From Gemmatimonadales bacterium (GTDB taxonomy: Bacteria; Gemmatimonadota; Gemmatimonadetes; Gemmatimonadales; GWC2-71-9), in NCBI GenBank assembly GCA_036555485.1, contig DATBLG010000127.1:11152-75151 (forward strand): a DNA stretch of 64,000 nucleotides. The letters run 5' to 3'. The notes under the pieces are model-generated. The model was given only the letters and a program-made list of their open reading frames with translations, was not told the DNA's origin and searched no databases. Each line of letters opens with the position of its first letter. Position 1 is the first letter of the stretch. Positions 57,692 to 64,000 of this stretch are shown one piece after another. A program made the position numbers and the translations under genes.

Positions 57692-59680
57692 ATGCGCTAC
57701 GCTTTTTCCCTACGCCTTGTCCGTACGGTTTCCCACACAGTGTCCCTGCTTACGGTGCCCCTCCTTACGCCTTGCATCGTGGCGGCGCAGGACACCCCGG
57801 ACACCGTCACCCTCCCCCCCGTCGTCGTCACCGCGACCCGGCTTCCCACGGCCTTCGATGCGGTGCCAGCCGCTATGACAGTGTTACTTGGCGACAAGCT
57901 TCGTGCCCAAGGCATCCGCACCGTAGCCGAGGCGTTGCGAACCGTCCCGGGCGCCCAGGTTGTGGAGACGGGGTCGTTCGGCGGCCAAACGTCTCTGTTC
58001 CTGCGCGGCGGGGAGAGCGACTACGCCAAGGTGCTGCTGGACGGTGTGCCCCTGAATCAGCCGGGGGGCGCTTTCGATTTTGCGAACCTCACGACCGACA
58101 ACGTGGATCGGATCGAGATCGTGCGGGGCCCCGTGAGTGTGCTGTATGGATCCGATGCGGTGACCGGCGTGATTCAGATTTTCACCCACGCCGGGCGCGG
58201 AGTGCTGCGCGTCACGGCAGCAGCGGAAACTGGGGGGTACGGCTCCTCCAGGCTCGCCGCCCACGTCGCGGGGGGTGGCGACGGGGCCGACTACTCAGTC
58301 GGGCTGGAGCGGTTCGAGTCCGATGGGATGTTCGCGTTCAACAGTCAATACAGAAACAGCGTGGCATCGGCGCGGTTGCGAGTCGGTCGGCCGGCGGCGA
58401 GCCAGGCGGTGTTGGTCGTGCGCTACGGCGACGGGGATTTTCATTATCCGACGAACTCCGCAGGACAACTGGTAGATCGTAATCAACAGCAGGTCGAGAC
58501 CGGGCCGGCGCTCTCCCTGGACCTTTCGCATCCGCTCGGCGCTCGCCTTGTCGCTCGGGCGCTGCTGACGCTGCACCGCACCAATCGGCGGCTCGAGGAC
58601 CCGCAGGACTCGCCTGCAGACACGATCGACTTCGCGTATGACTTCCACAGTCGGGATCGCATTGGGCGAGATGGGGTCGACGCACGCGTCGATTACCAAC
58701 TGGCGTCGGCGACCACCGTTTCGGCCGGCGTACATGTCGAGCGCGCCACGTTGCAGAGCACCAACCGCTGCACCGGCAGCTTTGGAGACTGCAGCAGTCC
58801 GGCCATGGACACGGCCCGGATCGATCGCGGCTATTACCTCCAGGCGCTGACCGTTTGGGGCCGTGGGTCGTTGGTCGCCGGAGCGAGGCTGGACGACGAC
58901 GATCGCTTCGGCTCGTTCCTCACCTACAGGGTGGGGGCGACCTATCGCGTGGCACCCGCGACGCGGCTGCGGATCGCCGTGGGCACTGCCTTCAAGGCTC
59001 CGACGTTTTTCGAGACCTTCGCCACGGGCTTTGTGACGGGCAATCCTGACCTGAAGCCGGAGCACTCGCGCAGCTGGGAAGCCGGCATTGAGCAGACGCT
59101 CGCCGGTGGCCGGGCGACGGCCGCGCTAACCTGGTTCGATCAACGCTTCCGCGATCTCGTGGACTTCTCGTTCGATAGTACGCCGAGTTACCACAATGTC
59201 GCCCGGGCGCGGGCTCGTGGGCTCGAGGCCATTGCTCGGGTTGTACTGGCGTCGGCCTGGAGTGTCGACGCCGAGTACACCTACCTCGCGACGCGCGTCC
59301 TGGACGCCGGGTTCGACCAGACCTCGGGCGCGGCGTTCGCCGCGGGCCAACGCCTGTTGCGTCGGCCGACGCATAGCGCGGGACTGACCGTGGGCGTGCG
59401 GAGCAGCCGTGCCACGGCCGGCCTGGCGCTGCGTTATTCTGGGAGGCGGGACGACCTCGACTTCTCCACGTTCCCGTTCCCACGGGTCATCCTCGCGCCC
59501 AGCACGCGAGCGGACGTATCGGCCAGTGTCCTGATCCTCGCTGGGCAGGCGACCGCGCCGGCCCTCTCGTTGACGGGTCGGGTGGAAAACCTGTTTGACG
59601 ATCATCGGCGGGAGGTAGTCAATTTCCCGACCCGCGGTCGAACCGTGTTTGTTGGGGGGCGGGCAACCATCGGGTTCTGA
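57692..59680 (+). CDS. TonB-dependent receptor (BtuB-like by context)
   Basis: It has a signal peptide, a TonB-box-like TVTLPPVVVTATR, plug motifs (IEIVRGPVSVLYGSDA) and a C-terminal ...GRATIGF with terminal Phe. I trimmed the track ORF (57494..). Confidence 0.82.
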   Translation: MRYAFSLRLVRTVSHTVSLLTVPLLTPCIVAAQDTPDTVTLPPVVVTATRLPTAFDAVPAAMTVLLGDKLRAQGIRTVAEALRTVPGAQVVETGSFGGQTSLFLRGGESDYAKVLLDGVPLNQPGGAFDFANLTTDNVDRIEIVRGPVSVLYGSDAVTGVIQIFTHAGRGVLRVTAAAETGGYGSSRLAAHVAGGGDGADYSVGLERFESDGMFAFNSQYRNSVASARLRVGRPAASQAVLVVRYGDGDFHYPTNSAGQLVDRNQQQVETGPALSLDLSHPLGARLVARALLTLHRTNRRLEDPQDSPADTIDFAYDFHSRDRIGRDGVDARVDYQLASATTVSAGVHVERATLQSTNRCTGSFGDCSSPAMDTARIDRGYYLQALTVWGRGSLVAGARLDDDDRFGSFLTYRVGATYRVAPATRLRIAVGTAFKAPTFFETFATGFVTGNPDLKPEHSRSWEAGIEQTLAGGRATAALTWFDQRFRDLVDFSFDSTPSYHNVARARARGLEAIARVVLASAWSVDAEYTYLATRVLDAGFDQTSGAAFAAGQRLLRRPTHSAGLTVGVRSSRATAGLALRYSGRRDDLDFSTFPFPRVILAPSTRADVSASVLILAGQATAPALSLTGRVENLFDDHRREVVNFPTRGRTVFVGGRATIGF

Positions 59681-59698
59681 CCTGAGTATGTTTTTGCC

Positions 59699-60490
59699 AT
59701 GTCCCTGGTCATGACCCCCGCCGTTGTCCTCCGCACGTACCGCTACAGCGAGACCTCGAAGGTGGTCCGCCTCGCGACGCGGGATCTCGGTGTGCAGAGC
59801 GCGATCGCCAAGGGGGCGCTGAGACCGAAAAGCCGGTTCGGGGCGGGGCTCGAGCTGCTGAGTGAGGGAATGGCCCAGTTGTATCACCGTGACAGCCGCG
59901 AGCTCCAAACCCTCGCGGCCTTCGATGTGGAGCGGCTGCGCCGCGAACTGGCTCTCGACCTCGACCGGTTCGCTGCCGCGGCCGCGCTCGCCGAGCTGAT
60001 GGTGCAGTTGGCCCCGCCCGCGCCGCTTCCCGCCGCCTACGACGCGCTTATCCTCGGGCTCGACGCGCTGGTGCGCGTCCCGCCCGAGGACGTCGATGCC
60101 GCGGGCTTGCGGGCGCTGTGGGGATTGCTTGGCGTGCTCGGGTTCGAGCCGTCGCTACGGCGCTGCGTGCGCGACGGGACCCAGGTCGAAGCGGACGGGG
60201 CTCCAGTGGTGTTCAGCACCGCCGATGGTGGAGTGGTGTGCGAGGCGTGCCTGGCTACCAAGCCTCCGGTGACTTCCACCCGCCTTCCTCCTCGGGCGTG
60301 GCACGACCTGTTAAACCTGCTTGACCCTGCGACTCCGCTTCCGCCGCTCGACGGAGCACACGCGGCGGCGCACCGGCGCCTGGCCGCCCGGTTCGTGCGT
60401 CACCACCTCGACGATCGGGGTGACGGGACGTTACCCGCACTCGCCTTCTGGGAGCGCCGCGCGTGGGCGCCGCCGTCCGCCGCTTCGTAA
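59699..60490 (+). CDS. recO: DNA repair protein RecO
   Basis: 263 aa with an OB-fold N-terminus (AVVLRTYRYSETSKVVRL) and a Cys motif (CVRDG...VCEAC). Confidence 0.85.
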   Translation: MSLVMTPAVVLRTYRYSETSKVVRLATRDLGVQSAIAKGALRPKSRFGAGLELLSEGMAQLYHRDSRELQTLAAFDVERLRRELALDLDRFAAAAALAELMVQLAPPAPLPAAYDALILGLDALVRVPPEDVDAAGLRALWGLLGVLGFEPSLRRCVRDGTQVEADGAPVVFSTADGGVVCEACLATKPPVTSTRLPPRAWHDLLNLLDPATPLPPLDGAHAAAHRRLAARFVRHHLDDRGDGTLPALAFWERRAWAPPSAAS

Positions 60491-62385
60491 TCGGCACCGC
60501 CGGCCACATCGACCACGGCAAAACCGCTCTCGTCCAGGCGCTCACGGGGGTGGACACGGACCGTTGGGAGGAAGAGAAACGCCGGGGCATCACGATCGAT
60601 CTTGGGTTCGCGCCGATCGACCTTGGAAGCGCGATCGAGGCGAGCATCGTCGATGTCCCCGGGCACGAAGGATTCGTCCGCAACATGCTGGCCGGGGCGA
60701 CGGGTATCGACGTCGCGTTGCTGGTCGTGGCGGCGGACGAAGGGATCATGCCGCAGACCGAGGAGCACCTTGCCATCGTTGAGCTGCTCGGCGTGCGACG
60801 CGGTGTCCCCGTGCTCACCAAACGCGACCTGGTGGACGCCGAATGGCTGGCGCTCGTCGAGACCGAAGTGGCCGCGCGGTTGCGTACCAGTCGGGTCCGT
60901 TGGGACGCTCCGATCGCGACGTCGGCCGTTACGCGTGCCGGACTCGACACGTTGCGCGAAGCGCTGGGCCGGATCGCGGCGGATTTGACCGAACGGCCGG
61001 CGGAGGACCTGTTCCGGCTCCCGATCGACCGCGTGTTCGCGGTCGCGGGGGCGGGAACGGTCGTCACGGGGACAACCTGGAGCGGCAGTGTCGCCGTCGG
61101 CGACACTGTTCGCCTCTTGCCACTGGAACGCGAGGCACGGGTGCGCTCAATCGAAGTGCACGGGCGACCAGCCGAGCGAGCGGTGCCCGGTCGTCGCACC
61201 GCCCTGGCGCTCGTGGGCGTGGACAAGGCGGAATTAGCACGTGGGGACGTGGTGGTGACTGGTGAAGGATGGGGAGCCACGCGCGTTCTGGACGCGGCGA
61301 TTGAGGTTCTACCTGGTGCGCGCCGACCGATCCACCCTCGGACCCGTGTACGGGTGCACCTGGGCACGGCTCAGGTTCTGGCACGGGCTTCGCAGAATGG
61401 ACCGATCGCGCCGGGAGCACGCGGGCGCGTACGGTTCGTGCTCGAGTCACCGGTTGTGGCGCGAGGCGGGGACCGATTCGTGCTGCGGAGCCTCTCCCCG
61501 GTCACCACGATCGGCGGCGGGGGGGTTCTGGATCCGTTCCCAGCGTCTCAGCCCCGCTTGCCGGAACGGAACCTGCAGGTTGCTCAGGATCCGGCTGATC
61601 GAGTCGCTGCCTGGGTCGCTGAGGCGGGGCTGGGGGGCCTTCGGATAGCTGAGCTTCCGGTCCGCCTTGGTATCCTCCCCGGTGAGAATGTGAGCAGCGT
61701 CATCGCGACGGCCGGCAAAGGGGTGCTAAGCTGTGATGGACTAGTGGTTTGGAGGGTAGCTGCGGTCGCCGAGGCCGAGCGGCTGTCCACCCTCGTGGCG
61801 GGACACCATGAAAAACACCCGCTCGATCCGGGGATGTCGCTCCAGGCGCTGCGATCAGCCCTGGGCTCGGAACGGAAACGCGGACCGGGAGTGCCCGAGC
61901 CGATCATGGATTTGGTAATCGACCTCGGTTGCCGAAAGCAGCTCTTTGAGATCGCAGGCGGCGTCGTACGGCGACCCGGGTGGGCGCCCATTCTGGATCA
62001 GGGGTCGAGTGATTCACGCAGCGCGCTGCTGCGGCGCTTGACGGAGTCACACTGGCAGGTGCCGACCGTCGTCGAGTTGGAACGAGAGCTGGCCGGGGCG
62101 CCGGTACGAGCGCTGCTGGCGCACCTCGTGCGGGAAGGCGGTGTACAACAGCTTGACCAGGAGCGGTTTGCGACTCCGGCGGCGCTGGCTGAATTCCGTA
62201 ATGCGCTGCAGTCGGAGTTGGGAAAGTTGGGGTCTGCCACCCCGGCGGAGCTGCGCGACCGTTTCGGTCTGACGCGCAAGTACTTGATTCCGCTGCTCGA
62301 ATGGGCCGACCGGCAGGGGATCACCGAGCGGCGGGGTGACGCCCGGGTGCTGACTCGCTTGACAGGTCGGAGCCCTGGGGCCTAG
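60463..62385 (+). CDS. selB: Selenocysteine-specific translation elongation factor SelB
   Basis: It has GTPase motifs GHIDHGKT, DVPGHE and TKRD, followed by long C-terminal winged-helix repeats typical of bacterial SelB. GTG at 60463 overlaps the recO end. Confidence 0.85.
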   Translation: MGAAVRRFVIGTAGHIDHGKTALVQALTGVDTDRWEEEKRRGITIDLGFAPIDLGSAIEASIVDVPGHEGFVRNMLAGATGIDVALLVVAADEGIMPQTEEHLAIVELLGVRRGVPVLTKRDLVDAEWLALVETEVAARLRTSRVRWDAPIATSAVTRAGLDTLREALGRIAADLTERPAEDLFRLPIDRVFAVAGAGTVVTGTTWSGSVAVGDTVRLLPLEREARVRSIEVHGRPAERAVPGRRTALALVGVDKAELARGDVVVTGEGWGATRVLDAAIEVLPGARRPIHPRTRVRVHLGTAQVLARASQNGPIAPGARGRVRFVLESPVVARGGDRFVLRSLSPVTTIGGGGVLDPFPASQPRLPERNLQVAQDPADRVAAWVAEAGLGGLRIAELPVRLGILPGENVSSVIATAGKGVLSCDGLVVWRVAAVAEAERLSTLVAGHHEKHPLDPGMSLQALRSALGSERKRGPGVPEPIMDLVIDLGCRKQLFEIAGGVVRRPGWAPILDQGSSDSRSALLRRLTESHWQVPTVVELERELAGAPVRALLAHLVREGGVQQLDQERFATPAALAEFRNALQSELGKLGSATPAELRDRFGLTRKYLIPLLEWADRQGITERRGDARVLTRLTGRSPGA

Positions 62386-62467
62386 GTTCCGGTTGGTGGT
62401 ACGATGGTATGGTCCCCGTAAAAAGGAGAAGCTTCTAAGGCACTTTTACGTTCGATCGAGGAGTGGT

Positions 62468-62905
62468 ATGAGGCGGCACGCCTGGGCAGTATTGGGGCTC
62501 GGGCTGTTGGCGGTAGGAGTGGGGGCGAAAGCCGCTTGGAGTCAGGCAAGTTCTCCCTCCGCCACGGTGCAGTTGAAGCAGAACTACCCGAACCCTTTTA
62601 ACCCGGCGACCACGATTCCGTTTTCGCTCGGCGCGGAGTTGTTCTCCGCTGGTCACCGGCCGAAGGTGTCACTGAAGGTCTACAACGTGTTGGCGCAGTT
62701 GGTCGCCGTGCCGATTCTCCAGGGCACCGGTGAGCCGCTCGACAACGTGGAGTTGTCGTGCGTCTCCACACCAAGCTGTGATTTCAGCGCCTACTGGGAC
62801 GGCAACGTGCTGAATTCCGGTCGCCCAGCGGCGTCGGGGATTTACATCTATCAGCTCGTGGTGGACGGCCGGCGCTTCACGAAAAAGATGATCGTCATGA
62901 AGTGA
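62468..62905 (+). CDS. Signal peptide plus T9SS-type (FlgD-Ig-like) C-terminal sorting domain only
   Basis: ATG at 62468 lies 5 nt after GAGGAG. The 145 aa comprise a signal peptide, then LKQNYPNPFNPATTIPFSL ... VSLKVYNVLAQLV ... SGIYIYQLVVDGRRFTKKMIVMK, matching the type-A sorting-domain pattern. No cargo domain is present. The gene is visibly more AT-rich than its neighbours. Confidence 0.65.
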   Translation: MRRHAWAVLGLGLLAVGVGAKAAWSQASSPSATVQLKQNYPNPFNPATTIPFSLGAELFSAGHRPKVSLKVYNVLAQLVAVPILQGTGEPLDNVELSCVSTPSCDFSAYWDGNVLNSGRPAASGIYIYQLVVDGRRFTKKMIVMK

Positions 62906-62940
62906 AAACGCAGAAGCGTAAGGAAGCATCGTAGGGTGTG

Positions 62941-62976
62941 AGGCGTAGGGAGAGAGGCGTATCTCTCCCTACGCCT
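62941..62976 (+). terminator. Strong hairpin downstream of the T9SS-CTD gene
   Basis: A perfect 15-bp stem, AGGCGTAGGGAGAGA (62941-62955) with TCTCTCCCTACGCCT (62962-62976), encloses a 6-nt loop and is followed by TTTCT. Confidence 0.65.
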
Positions 62977-62982
62977 TTCTCC

Positions 62983-63071
62983 ATACGTCACTGCCCAATA
63001 CGTCTTCTTCACATACGTTTTTGACATTCTATCTGCCACATCGGCAAATTGCATCGGGCATGCAGATTGCC
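62983..63071 (+). promoter_or_regulatory. clpB upstream control region: phased direct repeats, candidate promoter and inverted repeat
   Basis: ATACGT(C/T) occurs at 62983, 62998 and 63013, an exact 15-bp phasing. The candidate promoter is TTGACA at 63021-63026, an 18-nt spacer, then CAAATT at 63045-63050. The imperfect inverted repeat GGCAAATTGCAT-N5-ATGCAGATTGCC spans 63043-63071 (10 of 12 positions match). Confidence 0.4.
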
Positions 63072-63086
63072 TAGGCACCAGACGCC

Positions 63087-64000
63087 ATGATCAGACCAGA
63101 ACGTCTCACCATCAAAGCTGCGGAAGCGTTGCAGCAGGGGGCGGCCCACGCGCGCACGCGGGGCAATCCCGTCGTGAACGACGCCCACCTGTTTCTCGCC
63201 TTGCTCGAGCAAGACGAGGGCATTGTCGTCCCGCTGCTTCAGAAAGCCGGACTGAACGTCACGCACTTGCGTGCCGAGACCGAACGCGAAGTCGAGCGCT
63301 TTCCGAAGCAATCCGGGGCCACAGGCGAGCCGACGCTGTCGCGCGAACTGACGCACGTGCTTGACCGCGCCGACAAGTACGCGAAGGATTTGGGGGACGC
63401 GTATGTCTCTACCGAGCACCTGCTGCTTGCGCTGGCCGAACAGAAAGGCGCGACCGCCCACCAGGTGCTTGCCGCGGCCGGCGTGGGCAAGGACGAGTTG
63501 CTCGCCGCGCTCGAGGGCGTGCGCGGTGCGCACCGGGTCACCGACCAGGAACCCGAGCAAAAGTATCAGGCCCTCGAACGCTTCACCCGCGACCTCACCG
63601 AGGTGGCCCGCAAGGGTAAGCTCGACCCGGTCGTGGGTCGGGACGAGGAGATCCGGCGGGTGATGCAGGTGTTGTCGCGACGCACCAAGAACAACCCGGT
63701 GCTGATCGGCGAACCCGGAGTCGGCAAGACGGCGATCGTCGAAGGGCTCGCGCAGCGAATTGTCCACGGCGACGTCCCCGAGTCGCTGCGCAACAAGCAT
63801 CTCGTCTCTCTCGATATCGGCGCATTGATCGCCGGCACGAAATACCGGGGCGAGTTCGAAGAGCGGCTCAAGGCCGTGATCAAGGAGATCACGACGGCCG
63901 AAGGGCGATTCATCGTGTTCATCGACGAGCTGCATACCCTCGTCGGTGCGGGCGGGGCGGAGGGGGCGGTGGATGCCTCCAACCTATTGAAGCCGGCGCT
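63087..64000 (+). CDS. clpB: Chaperone ClpB (5' part; continues beyond the window)
   Basis: An open frame runs from ATG 63087 to the window end, which is why it is absent from the track. It has a Clp N-domain, then [41 protein letters not shown] (Walker A of NBD1) and FIDELHT. Confidence 0.9.
   Translation, partial: MIRPERLTIKAAEALQQGAAHARTRGNPVVNDAHLFLALLEQDEGIVVPLLQKAGLNVTHLRAETEREVERFPKQSGATGEPTLSRELTHVLDRADKYAKDLGDAYVSTEHLLLALAEQKGATAHQVLAAAGVGKDELLAALEGVRGAHRVTDQEPEQKYQALERFTRDLTEVARKGKLDPVVGRDEEIRRVMQVLSRRTKNNPVLIGEPGVGKTAIVEGLAQRIVHGDVPESLRNKHLVSLDIGALIAGTKYRGEFEERLKAVIKEITTAEGRFIVFIDELHTLVGAGGAEGAVDASNLLKPA

Noticed and set aside
59687-59699. A leaderless promoter for recO, with TATGTT 6 nt upstream of the ATG.
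   Set aside because: There is no acceptable -35 or extended -10 at the right spacing, and the site lies at the end of the TonB-dependent receptor gene. I mentioned it only as a weak parallel under the asnS finding.
62386-62467. tRNA-Sec (selC) or another tRNA next to selB. More generally, any tRNA, rRNA, tmRNA or RNase P RNA in gaps over 80 nt.
   Set aside because: I could trace no cloverleaf-compatible sequence, no GGAAG... acceptor start and no T-loop GTTCRANYC motif in any intergenic gap. This was a hand inspection only, so tRNAscan-SE or Infernal should confirm it.
62393-63086. The lower-GC segment around the T9SS-CTD gene as a possible genomic island or mobile element.
   Set aside because: There is no integrase, transposase, flanking direct repeat or tRNA. 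The segment is under 700 nt and holds a single gene. I kept it only as a compositional remark in the finding.

Overview
The window is GC-rich (judged by eye, not computed) and gene-dense. About 60 protein-coding genes are mostly arranged in long same-strand runs, and many starts overlap the previous stop (ATGA, GTGA or TGATG), which suggests translational coupling. The content is mostly core housekeeping:
- DNA and translation: ftsY, recG, asnS, argS, recO, selB and clpB (3' end truncated at the window edge).
- Nucleotide and cofactor metabolism: mazG, alr, deoB, cdd, purM, fbp, metK, ahcY, an acyl-CoA mutase large subunit, and ribD-ribE-ribBA-ribH-nusB.
- tRNA modification and DNA uptake: two radical-SAM methylthiotransferases, then comFB-like and comEC.
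- A contiguous hpf-hprK-EIIA/B/C/D(Man)-ptsH-ptsI block.
- A cobalamin riboswitch in front of a btuF/C/D-like ABC importer plus a TonB-dependent receptor.

I found no rRNA, tRNA, CRISPR array, transposase or integrase. Gene content (a T9SS-type C-terminal domain, PPC-domain protease, high GC) hints at a Gemmatimonadota/FCB-like organism. This is inference only.

I cannot point to a clear new multi-gene system. The items most worth a second look are:
1. Two copies, 50 kb apart, of a composite heptanucleotide-array element, (GTCAGTC/ATCAGTC)n followed by (CTGACAA/CTGAAAA)3. Its two arms pair in 7-nt register into a long segmented hairpin.
2. A 1388-aa secreted subtilase with three tandem ~230-aa modules, two further C-terminal repeats and an EF-hand/dockerin-like loop, followed closely by a small lipoprotein.
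3. An unannotated 52-aa Lys/Arg/Glu-rich ORF coupled (ATGA) to a 107-aa two-TM protein in a more AT-rich patch.
4. A 32-aa hydrophobic mini-ORF with a strong SD in an otherwise empty 282-nt gap.
5. Near-consensus promoters placed 8-9 nt from start codons (leaderless asnS and fmdB-like) and a palindromic bidirectional mazG/alr promoter.
6. Phased ATACGT direct repeats plus an inverted repeat in front of clpB.
7. A cargo-less T9SS-type C-terminal-domain protein next to an isolated selB.

The many long antisense ORFs in the track are treated as high-GC artefacts.
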